From Acaryochloris marina MBIC11017 (lineage in GTDB: Bacteria; Cyanobacteriota; Cyanobacteriia; Thermosynechococcales; Thermosynechococcaceae): a stretch of 32,000 nucleotides of DNA. Below, piece after piece: positions 18,891-27,320 of the stretch. The notes under the pieces were generated by a model. That model saw nothing but the letters and a program-made list of their open reading frames with translations, searched no databases and was not told the origin of the DNA. The position numbers and the translations under genes are program-made. The number at the start of each line of letters is the position of its first letter. Within the stretch, counting starts at the first letter, position 1. Location of the stretch: positions 300,001-332,000 of the forward strand of contig NC_009926.1 of the NCBI RefSeq assembly GCF_000018105.1. Direction: 5' to 3'.

Positions 18891-20135
18891 ATGGATAACT
18901 CAATTCGCATCCCGCTCAACCTTCCTGATATTCGAGTTCTAGAGCTATCGAAGACTGAGAGAGGGGATTGGCTCATCAAGATTGAGAGTACGCTTCAAGG
19001 AACAACCTGTCATCAATGCGGACGTGAGATTACTGACCTCCATTGTCATGATCAGCCTTTTCGGATTCGTCACCTGCCATTATTTGAAGTCCCCGTTTAC
19101 TTAGAAATTCGGCCCAAGCGTTATCGATGCAAGTATTGCGATGACCATCCCACAACAACTCAACATTTAGAATGGCACGAACCTCGCAGTCCCAATACAA
19201 AAGCATATGAGCGTTGGCTTCTGCGAATCTTGATCAATTCAACGGTCTCAGATGTTGCCAGAAAACTAGGCGTTAGTGAGGATATCGTCAGTGGAATCAT
19301 TGATCGTTGGATTGCCGCTCAAGTTGACTGGAGCGAATATGCAGACCTCAAAGTTATGGGGATGGATGAGATTTCTCTCAAACGAGGCCATCGTGATTTT
19401 GTGGTTTTGATCACGATTCCTACGACGGATGGGGTGGATATATTGGCAGTTCTAGCCGACCGTAAACAGCAGACAGTGGCAAATTTCCTTCAATCGATTC
19501 CCATTGATTTACGCCAAACCATTGAGCGCGTCTGTACGGACATGTACCAAGGATTTGTCAGTGCAGTCCGAGAACAATTGCCGCAAGCCAAAATTGTCAT
19601 TGACCGCTTTCATGTGACCAAAGCCTATCGTAATTGTGCTGATACGGTTCGTAAACGTGAGGTCAAACGTCTACGACGAGAGCTCTCTAAGCAAGAGTAT
19701 GACAGCATCAAAGGCGCGATGTGGCCTTTTAGAAAACGACCAGAGAATCTGAAAGAGTCAGAGCAACAACTCCTTGAGCGATTGTTTGCTTATTCTCCAC
19801 AACTGAAACAGGCGTACAACCTCCGAGAGAAACTCACGCAGATATTTGAGGGCAGGTACACCAAGCACGGAGCTAAATGTGCCATCCGTGCTTGGTGTAA
19901 ACAAGTACTCAAGAGTGACATCAAGGAATTCGATTGTTTTCTGACCACTATCAATAATTGGATGGACGAGATGACCAACTATTTCCTGGAGGGGTGGACC
20001 AGTGGTTTTGTGGAAGGATTTAATAACCGAGTCAAAGTCTTAAAAAGACGATGCTACGGTATTTTCGATATTGAAAGACTCTTCCAAAGGATTTCTCTTG
20101 ACCTCAATGGGTATCAGACATTCGCTGTGACCTAA
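18891..20135 (+). CDS. ISL3-family transposase
   Basis: 414 aa. The N-terminal zinc finger (CHQCG..CKYC), an HTH segment and a DDE core (..MGMDEISLKRGHRDFVVL.., ..VCTDMYQGF.., ..WTSGFVEGFNNRVKVLKRRCYG) have the ISL3 layout. Confidence 0.9.
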   Translation: MDNSIRIPLNLPDIRVLELSKTERGDWLIKIESTLQGTTCHQCGREITDLHCHDQPFRIRHLPLFEVPVYLEIRPKRYRCKYCDDHPTTTQHLEWHEPRSPNTKAYERWLLRILINSTVSDVARKLGVSEDIVSGIIDRWIAAQVDWSEYADLKVMGMDEISLKRGHRDFVVLITIPTTDGVDILAVLADRKQQTVANFLQSIPIDLRQTIERVCTDMYQGFVSAVREQLPQAKIVIDRFHVTKAYRNCADTVRKREVKRLRRELSKQEYDSIKGAMWPFRKRPENLKESEQQLLERLFAYSPQLKQAYNLREKLTQIFEGRYTKHGAKCAIRAWCKQVLKSDIKEFDCFLTTINNWMDEMTNYFLEGWTSGFVEGFNNRVKVLKRRCYGIFDIERLFQRISLDLNGYQTFAVT

Positions 20136-20155
20136 ACACTATATCTAGCGGCTAC

Positions 20156-20176
20156 CACGCTAATTCCCGGAGAGCC
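20156..20176 (-). repeat. ISL3 right terminal inverted repeat
   Basis: The reverse complement reads GGCTCTCCGGGAATTAGCGTG. Confidence 0.85.
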
Positions 20177-21071
20177 ATAATTTCTTAATTTTACTTCGGT
20201 TTCTTGAGTTATCTAGTACCTTGCTTTTTTGCAATCTTGAACCGATATCTTTACAGCGTTGGGATAAAAGATTTTGAGGGGTTTGTTTATCTTCAGCTTT
20301 CAGAGATTGAATTTCTAGCTTTATATCTTTGAGTGACAATTGTTCCGTAATTGCAGTATTTAAGAGATTGGCCCTTACTTTTTTATCACTGACACGAGCA
20401 ATAGCTTGACACTTTGTATATTCAAGCAAGCCTTGGCGGAGTACCTCTAAAACATCTTCGGGTAGCTTCAATAGTGGAAGGCGGCTAGATCTGAAACTAT
20501 CAATAGAGAAACGGCCCACTTCCTGCATTGTTTGTTGAACAGTATCGAGTTGGGACAAAACGTTTTGTCCCAACTCCTGACCTCGATGCTTCGCGTGATG
20601 AGCTTGATAGAAAAGGGCAATAACTTGCTCCTTATTAAGTTCAAGAACTAGCCCCAATAAATCAAGGATTGCATCAGTCTCTTCTATCGGATTTAGGTCT
20701 TCTCGTTGAAGGTTCTCGATTAGAGCTACATGTACAGCTTCACGATTATTGAGTTGTTTAGCGATTATAGGGACTTCAGTAAGACCTGCCTCTTTAGCAG
20801 CTCGTAAGCGACGCTCTCCAGCCACTAATTCATATTCACCATTCTTAAGAGGTCTTACAAGGAGTGGTTCCAAAACTCCATGCTCTTTAACTGAAGTAAC
20901 CAATTGAGCAAGTTTTTCGGCGTTGAAATACTTTCGAGGTTGGTTTGTAGGTAAATGAATATTCTTGATAGGTATAGACAGTGAGGAGCTTGATTGCCCA
21001 ACAGAGTCGCGATTGAGTATTGCTGCTACATTAGTCAATTTAGGTTTCGGTGTTCTTTTTCGTGACGGCAC
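20160..21071 (-). CDS. parB: ParB/Spo0J-family partition protein with an IS-altered C-terminus
   Basis: GTG start overlaps the parA stop (TAGTG). ParB box LVAGERRLRAAKEAG is present. The last 5 codons and the stop (WLSGN-TAG) are supplied by the TSD and the IS right end. Confidence 0.85.
   Translation of the reverse strand: MPSRKRTPKPKLTNVAAILNRDSVGQSSSSLSIPIKNIHLPTNQPRKYFNAEKLAQLVTSVKEHGVLEPLLVRPLKNGEYELVAGERRLRAAKEAGLTEVPIIAKQLNNREAVHVALIENLQREDLNPIEETDAILDLLGLVLELNKEQVIALFYQAHHAKHRGQELGQNVLSQLDTVQQTMQEVGRFSIDSFRSSRLPLLKLPEDVLEVLRQGLLEYTKCQAIARVSDKKVRANLLNTAITEQLSLKDIKLEIQSLKAEDKQTPQNLLSQRCKDIGSRLQKSKVLDNSRNRSKIKKLWLSGN
20177..20184. repeat. Target-site duplication, right copy (ATAATTTC)
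   Basis: Identical to 18784-18791. Confidence 0.85.
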
Positions 21072-21823
21072 TATAGTGACTCCAGGTTTTCAGCAATAGA
21101 ATGCAAAATAGAATTAGCAGGATGCTTACGGTCATATATCTCTAAAGGAGTATGATTCATAGATGCATCTGCAAAAGCAACTGCTTTTGGTACTGGAGGG
21201 AATACGGGAGCAATTCCACTGAACTGCTCAATCACTGCTTCAAGAATTTCCTTACTCTGAGAAGTTCGATCATGCAAATTTGGAATTACACCCGCAATTT
21301 GTAGGTTTGATGCCACTCCCTCTACCTTTAGTTCGTTGATCGTGCCTAATAATAAATCTAATCCAACAAAACTTTTATACTGAGTCTGCATTGGAATCAG
21401 TATGTGGGTTGAAGCAACTAAGGAAAGTATGCTGAGTACGCCTAGAGTTGGAGGACAATCAATAAGGATGTAATCGTAGTTTGACTCAATTGATGAAATA
21501 GCTCTTTTTAGACGAGTCTCTTTTGCAATTGCAGTAGCAAGTTGTACGTCAGCAGCACTGAGTGACAAATTACTTGGAACTAAGTCCATTTCATGAATAC
21601 CACAGAGAATTGGTAACGTTTTTTTGTCTAAAATACTTTGGGACACAGTTGTTGCTACTTCATAGGAAGAGATACCCATAAAAATTGTCAACGAGGATTG
21701 AGGATCCATATCAACGAGTAAGACACTATGCCCTAACTGCGACAAAGCATATCCCAGGTTCATTGCAAGGGTTGTTTTTCCTGTACCACCAGCTTGGTTA
21801 AAAAAAGAGAAGATCTTTGTCAC
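21071..21823 (-). CDS. parA: ParA-family partition ATPase
   Basis: 250 aa with a deviant Walker A (FNQAGGTGKTTLAMNL), then LLVDMDPQ and ILIDCPP. Confidence 0.9.
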   Translation of the reverse strand: MTKIFSFFNQAGGTGKTTLAMNLGYALSQLGHSVLLVDMDPQSSLTIFMGISSYEVATTVSQSILDKKTLPILCGIHEMDLVPSNLSLSAADVQLATAIAKETRLKRAISSIESNYDYILIDCPPTLGVLSILSLVASTHILIPMQTQYKSFVGLDLLLGTINELKVEGVASNLQIAGVIPNLHDRTSQSKEILEAVIEQFSGIAPVFPPVPKAVAFADASMNHTPLEIYDRKHPANSILHSIAENLESL

Positions 21824-21905
21824 AGAATTAAATGTCGCAACACAGAGACAGTTTACATTTAGTTTTGAATATATGAGAAGTTCAAAGTCTACTTTAGGTT
21901 AATTT

Positions 21906-22103
21906 CTATAAATATTGATCGTGGAAACGCTCGCCACGGGGTACGTTCCAGGGACTGGTATTGGGGCGAGAGTTAGCTAGAGGTATAGCCAGAGTGGCTG
22001 CCCCCGAAACCAGCAAGAGTATAGCGCAATCCAGATCGGCAAGGTCGCCCTCCCAAAACAATACTTTTGCTCCGCGCTCTGCCTTTGCTTTGGGATGTTG
22101 CAT
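21906..22103 (-). CDS. Hypothetical small protein
   Basis: 65-aa ORF whose ATG overlaps the stop of the upstream TPR gene (TAATG), suggesting translational coupling. I recognise no family. Confidence 0.3.
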   Translation of the reverse strand: MQHPKAKAERGAKVLFWEGDLADLDCAILLLVSGAATLAIPLANSRPNTSPWNVPRGERFHDQYL

Positions 22104-22588
22104 TATTGGGCGGGCTTAGCCAAGTGTGGAATCATTTTCACCAAAAGAGCAGCAGATTGATTCTGCGGATCAAGCTGAGTAGCCTTGGTTGCTGATTGCA
22201 AAGCTGCTTGATAATCCTTGAGCATCAATTGGCTTTTAGCAAGATTGAGATGGGCCTCAGCACTCTTTGGCTGTAGTCGGGTGACTTGGGCAAAATCCTC
22301 AGCGGCTTCCTGAAAATTCTTTTCTCCCATGAATAGAACGCCCCGAAGTGCATAGGCTTCAGATAAAGATGGATCAATCTGGATGGCTTGATTAAGTTCT
22401 GCCATCGCTCCCTGAAGATCTTCTTGTTCTAGGCGAGAAATTGCAGCAGTATAGTGTGGGTTCGACTGCGGATTGGGGGCTGCAGTTGCTAGCGGTGATG
22501 GGTGGAGAATAGATATCCCTTGACCCAGGCTGAGTAGCATCGCAGCGATCGCAACCGTGAAATAGACCCGAATTGGTTTATGAAGCAT
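22103..22588 (-). CDS. TPR-repeat protein with an N-terminal signal or anchor
   Basis: 161 aa. A hydrophobic N-terminus (YFTVAIAAMLLSLGQG) is followed by about three TPR-like units (..AIQIDPSLSEAYALRGVLF.., ..VTRLQPKSAEAHLNLAKS.., ..ATQLDPQN). It contains a HIP1 site. Confidence 0.7.
   Translation of the reverse strand: MLHKPIRVYFTVAIAAMLLSLGQGISILHPSPLATAAPNPQSNPHYTAAISRLEQEDLQGAMAELNQAIQIDPSLSEAYALRGVLFMGEKNFQEAAEDFAQVTRLQPKSAEAHLNLAKSQLMLKDYQAALQSATKATQLDPQNQSAALLVKMIPHLAKPAQ
22545..22552. repeat. HIP1 palindrome GCGATCGC
   Basis: Exact octamer. Confidence 0.9.
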
Positions 22589-22631
22589 TCTCTATCCCCC
22601 GAAATTGGTGCTCTTCATTTTACAACTAGCC

Positions 22632-23036
22632 TTAACTCGGTTGTACTGCCCGAAATCGCATCTCTTCAACCCAGACCTCGCTAAACTCCCCAAATCTTTC
22701 TCCAGGTGTGAGGACATGGGTTGCACCCTCCTGCTCTGAAATAAACTCTTGTCGCCATAGCTCCCAGGCTCGGATGGAGGGCAGGCTCAAGTCCGCACAA
22801 TATTCAGCCCAACTGTCTTGCTGGAAGCGGGAAGTACCAATGTGAACGTGCTTGAAATAGACTTCGATCAGACCCCAGTCAACCAATTCTTGAACAAACT
22901 GAGGATGTGCTGACGGTGGCCCCTCATCCTGCTCTATTGGTGCTTCAAGGGAAAGATTGAGCATTTCACCAGAACTTAGCTTGGCAACTCTAAGAATTTC
23001 TAGCTGGATCTGCGAAAGAGAAGGGATAAAAGTCAT
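22632..23036 (-). CDS. Hypothetical protein
   Basis: 134-aa ORF with an ATG start and protein-like composition. I recognise no family. Confidence 0.45.
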   Translation of the reverse strand: MTFIPSLSQIQLEILRVAKLSSGEMLNLSLEAPIEQDEGPPSAHPQFVQELVDWGLIEVYFKHVHIGTSRFQQDSWAEYCADLSLPSIRAWELWRQEFISEQEGATHVLTPGERFGEFSEVWVEEMRFRAVQPS

Positions 23037-23111
23037 TTCTTATCCTCACGCTGATGAAATCCTAACAAACCCAGCCCCTAAGTCTCCTCAGAGGCTAGGT
23101 CTACGGTCTGC

Positions 23112-23768
23112 CTAGGATTTAGCAGCTTCTTGCTTCATCACATCAGCAAGGGTCACCCGCTTGGTTCCAGTCCGACGCTTCCCACTACCACTAGCCACGA
23201 CAGGAGTCGGGTCTTGAGGTACGGCCAACTCATCATCCAGTGGGTCAGGATCAACAGGCGGATCAAGGACCGGGACCGGAGCCTCATCAAGGATAGTCAT
23301 GGATTCTTCAGCCACGGGTTCAGCCTGCCCCAGGTCGTCCGAAACATCAGGAGCCAGATCTTCAGCCTCGACCTCAGAAGTATCCTCGACCGGATTGTCG
23401 GCTAGGAATGCCTGAGTCTGTACCTTGAACCAATCGATAGCCTTTTCATGGAGCTTCCAGTGAGCATCAATCCGATCCGTGAGCTGAGTCTTGATAAGCG
23501 CTTGGACGAACACCGTCTCTTGCTGACAGCCTTTGCGGTAGACAGCCACAGTTCGTTCCTTGACCTCCTCAAAGATGGGGCCGTGCTTCTGGCTCACTTT
23601 GGAAAATCCCCAGGAGCAGAGGGCAGTGAAGTTTTTCCAGCCCTGGATTTCCTTGCGAATGACGAACAAGAAGGCTTTGTTTGCAGCTAGGCCCACTTGG
23701 GTAGCGGCGGTGTCGATGACTTCGTTGTGGTCGGCTTGTTTGACGGTGATGCTTGTAATCAATTTCAT
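23112..23768 (-). CDS. Hypothetical protein with an acidic, Pro-rich, probably disordered C-terminal half
   Basis: I prefer the ATG at 23768 (MKLITSITV), which follows AAAGGA; the ORF opens further upstream at 23822. The C-terminal region is rich in D/E/P and ends in a basic tail (GKRRTGTKR). Confidence 0.5.
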   Translation of the reverse strand: MKLITSITVKQADHNEVIDTAATQVGLAANKAFLFVIRKEIQGWKNFTALCSWGFSKVSQKHGPIFEEVKERTVAVYRKGCQQETVFVQALIKTQLTDRIDAHWKLHEKAIDWFKVQTQAFLADNPVEDTSEVEAEDLAPDVSDDLGQAEPVAEESMTILDEAPVPVLDPPVDPDPLDDELAVPQDPTPVVASGSGKRRTGTKRVTLADVMKQEAAKS

Positions 23769-24103
23769 AAGTGTTGTCCTTTGAATAACGAATAGTGGAT
23801 AGGGCACGACTGGCATGTGCAACTGAGTCGGCCATGTGGATATTGAGAAAATGCAAGGGGGTGTCTTGACCCTCGCGTGAGAATATACCCTCAGTAAAAA
23901 TCAGGCTCGATGGGGAGCTGTGGTGAGGTGGATTTGGAGAAAATACTTTGGGTGGGGGAGTCCCACTGCCTATGTATCAAGATAGCGTGAAAGCCTTGAG
24001 GATACAAGGATTTGGGGATTAGCGTTTCTGATCGGTGGAGGGAGGGAGACTAGGCAAAGCTAATGATTAGTGTGCAGGTGCTAAGAAATGAAGTGGTCGA
24101 TAA

Positions 24104-24742
24104 TTAAGATTCACTGACAGCAGAATCGTGGATGACAAAATGGCTTGTCTGATCAACAGACATCCATCCTTCTTTCCGTAAACTGCTTAGAATACGAGAT
24201 GCCGTCACACGACTAGTGCCCGTTAGATTGGCGATTTGCTGATGGGTAAATCGAACACATATCCTTACCCCTTCGGGAGTCATTTCTCCTACTTCTCTCG
24301 CTAAAAGCAACAACAATTGCTCTATACGCTTTCTTATGAGTCGGTGGTGAACAATGGATAATAACGCTTCAGTCTGCTGAAAACGCCGATTCAGTTGTAT
24401 CAATATTCTCTGAGCCAACAATGGTGAACGCTCAAGCTCAGATTGTTCGATACGCATCAACACGACATCAGTTAGTGCGATAGCCTCATACGCTTTGATT
24501 TGGGTCAATGGAGGTCCAAAGGGCATATCTGGACAGGCCAGTCCCAGGATCGACTCCTGTCCCTCCGAGTCTAAAGTGCAGATTTGAACAACGCCTCGAC
24601 AGACAATCCAAATATCATGGATATGCAGCGGCACGTTGAACCCTTTACTGAAGGCATAGGTTTGGCGACCTTGATATTCGTCCTCAAGCATTTGACGCCA
24701 GTTTTGGTTTGAGGATGCTGGTAGTTCCTGTGTCTTAAACAT
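24104..24742 (-). CDS. Crp/Fnr-family transcriptional regulator
   Basis: 212 aa with an N-terminal cNMP-binding-like beta-roll and a C-terminal HTH (FTHQQIANLTGTSRVTASRILSSLRKEGWM). Confidence 0.85.
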   Translation of the reverse strand: MFKTQELPASSNQNWRQMLEDEYQGRQTYAFSKGFNVPLHIHDIWIVCRGVVQICTLDSEGQESILGLACPDMPFGPPLTQIKAYEAIALTDVVLMRIEQSELERSPLLAQRILIQLNRRFQQTEALLSIVHHRLIRKRIEQLLLLLAREVGEMTPEGVRICVRFTHQQIANLTGTSRVTASRILSSLRKEGWMSVDQTSHFVIHDSAVSES

Positions 24743-24888
24743 CTATGCATAACCCCGAATACTTAGCTATCAGGTCGAATAAGGAGTTTGACGCAAACTT
24801 TTCCTTTTCTGCTCAATATTCGGCCTCTAAATACGCTCACCAAAATCTATCTAGTAACCAGCATTCAAAGCTTCTAGGGTTACCGAAG

Positions 24889-25371
24889 TCAATGAGACCA
24901 TTCCCCAATACGACAAACTTCAAACGCGATATTTCCAAACAAGACTAGGGGTACTAAAAGGCCCTCAGTACAATAGCCCTGATTGGGAATTTGACGAAGA
25001 GGGTAACGCTGATGCCACTCCGCTAGATATTGCCTAAATTCCATAAAGCAAATCAACCAAACGGAGTTGCGAGGGGGGACATAATAGGCCAACACATCGG
25101 CCTCAGATGCATAGGCCCAGCCTTGAACCGCTCTGACATCTACGCTGATCGTTTCGATGAATGCATTGCCCGTCCTACCCGCTGTCATATCTGCTTTATA
25201 CTCGACCGACATCCATGACCCGTCTGGTGCTTGAAACCAGCGGTCTATCCCCTGTCGCTGCTCTTGACGAGAGGCAGGTTCAATCCAGAAGTACTGCTGA
25301 AAATACGCATCGAGGGTCTGTTCATGATGTGTCCCGATCACAAACTGCTGCTCAAAATCATAGGCTGGCAT
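24889..25371 (-). CDS. Hypothetical protein, possible PD-(D/E)XK nuclease fold
   Basis: 160 aa. The motif arrangement GIDRWF...MSVEYKAD fits D-x(13)-E-x-K. This is a motif-only assignment. Confidence 0.45.
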   Translation of the reverse strand: MPAYDFEQQFVIGTHHEQTLDAYFQQYFWIEPASRQEQRQGIDRWFQAPDGSWMSVEYKADMTAGRTGNAFIETISVDVRAVQGWAYASEADVLAYYVPPRNSVWLICFMEFRQYLAEWHQRYPLRQIPNQGYCTEGLLVPLVLFGNIAFEVCRIGEWSH

Positions 25372-25421
25372 GGGGTGCCCCCTCAGCGGTGTGGAAGGAT
25401 GCGCTGACCTGGCATCAGGTC

Positions 25422-25441
25422 TATATTCCCATTGTGAACGA
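25422..25441 (-). promoter_or_regulatory. Conserved upstream motif P1 (plus strand TATATTCCCATTGTGAACGA)
   Basis: Identical at 18 of 20 positions to 26060-26079. It lies 50 nt upstream of the 25371 start and contains a TGTGA half-site. Confidence 0.5.
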
Positions 25442-25524
25442 TGACCTGGATTATGGTTAGTTAGCTGAGTAGAGATACCAGAAATGCCCTGGATAGGGAG
25501 TTAGAAATCTGAGCTGAAATTCAT

Positions 25525-26010
25525 TCATGGATTTAAAGCATTGCCCCCAACATCACTGAGACCCCAAAAGACCTGATAGTGCAACCAAAACCCTGATACG
25601 GCCAGTATAATCACACTCGCCAATGCACACAGTAAGAACACATTCAGATCTGTGTCTTTTCCTACAAAGACGTGAGAATTCCTATCCCATCGTCGGAGCA
25701 AGGCGGGGTCCAGATGGCACCGTAGATAGCATTGCTTCTGACGCTGACTCCAAAAGCGATGGTCAAGGGGATACCCTAATTCTTCGGGGTAAAAGTGAAC
25801 TAAGGCATCTTCAAAAGTCTCTCCCACCTCTAAGCCCACATACAAAAAGTTTTGTTGCACTCGCGTGACTTTAGTGGGTCTATTATCCCAATAGCGCAGC
25901 AATACCCAATCTCCCTCTATAAAAGCATCAGAGCCCATGACTTCGCCCATAAGCAGGGGATCAAGTTGGGGAGTGGGAATCAGTTTTGCATAGCCATTGC
26001 GTTCATTCAT
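25525..26010 (-). CDS. Hypothetical tail-anchored membrane protein
   Basis: I prefer the ATG at 26010, which follows GAGGAG by 6 nt (MNERNGYAK..); the ORF opens at a TTG at 26106. There is a single C-terminal TM helix (LNVFLLCALASVIILAVSGFWL). Confidence 0.5.
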   Translation of the reverse strand: MNERNGYAKLIPTPQLDPLLMGEVMGSDAFIEGDWVLLRYWDNRPTKVTRVQQNFLYVGLEVGETFEDALVHFYPEELGYPLDHRFWSQRQKQCYLRCHLDPALLRRWDRNSHVFVGKDTDLNVFLLCALASVIILAVSGFWLHYQVFWGLSDVGGNALNP

Positions 26011-26059
26011 TGCTATCTCCTCAGCGACTAGAGGGGATGCGCTAGCCTGAATTAAGGCG

Positions 26060-26079
26060 TATATTTCTATTGTGAACGA
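26060..26079 (-). promoter_or_regulatory. Conserved upstream motif P2 (plus strand TATATTTCTATTGTGAACGA)
   Basis: Paralog of P1, 49 nt upstream of the 26010 start. Weaker similarity continues for about 20 nt on the high-coordinate side. Confidence 0.5.
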
Positions 26080-26184
26080 ATTTCTAGATTTTGTTGATGG
26101 GGCCAAGCAGCAGAATCAGGATGATTATTGTAGAAAGCCACAAACCACACCAGGGACTCTGATAGGGCTAATGAACTAACCTTG

Positions 26185-26397
26185 CTACACACTACGACTG
26201 GCATCTCCTAGCAAGAAAACATGGATGAACTGCTCTGCAAATTGTCGTGGTATCACCCAATAAGCACAGCCTACGATCAGATAAGCCTCTGGTTCGCTAG
26301 TGAAATAATAGTCGATGTAAACATTGCACTTGTTCGCCACTTCATAATAAGAGCAACCCAATTTGTAATAGTCTGGTGGCTCCACTTCTAAATTCAC
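26185..26397 (-). CDS. Hypothetical protein, possibly the 3' part of a frameshifted gene
   Basis: 70-aa ORF with a GTG start. Its frame stays open upstream to 26478 without a start codon. A 28-codon ORF with a good RBS (26448-26534) sits just upstream in another frame. Confidence 0.35.
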   Translation of the reverse strand: MNLEVEPPDYYKLGCSYYEVANKCNVYIDYYFTSEPEAYLIVGCAYWVIPRQFAEQFIHVFLLGDASRSV

Positions 26398-26447
26398 AAA
26401 CCCTTCAATGGTGACCTCTGATAGAACGAAGCACTGGATTTCAATCT

Positions 26448-26534
26448 TCAGATTACCCGGCCCAGAGATTCCATGCCGACTTGAGTCTCAGGCTTCAGAT
26501 CTACTCGCCACTCCTCAATTTCTTCGCTCTTCAT
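26448..26534 (-). CDS. Small ORF (28 aa), possibly the 5' part of a frameshifted gene
   Basis: ATG is preceded by GGAGGT at 8 nt. The peptide is MKSEEIEEWRVDLKPETQVGMESLGRVI. Confidence 0.25.
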   Translation of the reverse strand: MKSEEIEEWRVDLKPETQVGMESLGRVI

Positions 26535-26549
26535 CCACTGTTACCTCCA

Positions 26550-27320
26550 TCATCCAAACACTGGAAACTCCCGCACTCGAAGATCCTGCGGCCATTCCTC
26601 GGCATCCCCACCCTTCGCAGAACGGAGCTTGGGAACCCCCACGGGCTTGCTGCCAAGCTGCTTGATAAACACGGGGATTTCTGCTGATTTGCATTGGTCT
26701 CGAATGGAGCGAATCCAAGTAACATCACAAGGCCGAGCGCTTGGGCCAGACTCACCCCCGGTGATACACCAATTCGCGGGAAGGGCGCTTAGATCCAAGG
26801 GTTCGAGCAAGGGTTCACAACTTAGGAAAATGCCGCCGACTTTCTTCTGTAGCTTTGCCAGTTTGGGAATGACGACATCGCTTTCTCGCTGGGTGCAGAT
26901 GCTTTGGCCCAGCCAGACTTGAGAAGGAACTTGTCTGAACTGGAGAAACTTAGCCGCGACATCCACCCGCTTGGTCAGTAGCAACCAGATCAGGTTTGGG
27001 GTTTTCTCGATGACCTCATCAAACAGATCTAACCGCCAATTAATCAGGTCATCCCGGTCCTCAAACACATCGGCCAAGGACGCACAGAAGACCGTTTCAG
27101 TGACTCCTCGCTCTGCAGCTTTGCGGTTCCATTTATGAGGTTGCTTCCAGTAGGATTCTGATGTGCGAGATCTGGTTCCATCTTTGCCCCACTTCACGCG
27201 ATGATATCGTTTGTCCATCATCGCCTCAGCGTAGCAATTCAAACAGCCAGGACTGTTGTGTGCGCAGCCGATCCAGGAATTGAATGTGTGGTGGGTCCAC
27301 TCAATTTTGCTATTCTCCAT
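26550..27320 (-). CDS. DUF5131 / phage Gp37-Gp68 family protein
   Basis: 256 aa. The N-terminus MENSKIEWTHHTFNSWIGCAHNSPGCLNCYAE (C-x6-C-x2-C) and the later ..WLLLTKR.. and ..ITGGESGP.ARP.. fit the family as I recall it. Confidence 0.8.
   Translation of the reverse strand: MENSKIEWTHHTFNSWIGCAHNSPGCLNCYAEAMMDKRYHRVKWGKDGTRSRTSESYWKQPHKWNRKAAERGVTETVFCASLADVFEDRDDLINWRLDLFDEVIEKTPNLIWLLLTKRVDVAAKFLQFRQVPSQVWLGQSICTQRESDVVIPKLAKLQKKVGGIFLSCEPLLEPLDLSALPANWCITGGESGPSARPCDVTWIRSIRDQCKSAEIPVFIKQLGSKPVGVPKLRSAKGGDAEEWPQDLRVREFPVFG

Larger units (their letters stand above)
18792..20176 (+). mobile_element. ISL3-family insertion sequence, complete (1385 bp)
   Basis: Terminal inverted repeats GGCTCTCTGGGAATTAGCGTG (18792-18812) and GGCTCTCCGGGAATTAGCGTG (reverse complement of 20156-20176) match at 20 of 21 positions. 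There is one 414-aa transposase ORF and perfect 8-bp direct repeats flank the element. Confidence 0.9.

Noticed and set aside
26408-26922. Cluster of overlapping 67-97-aa ORFs on both strands at the 3' end of the DUF5131 gene
   Set aside because: These are shadow ORFs in a GC-rich stretch (P/R/G/S-rich, without RBS). The DUF5131 frame explains the region.
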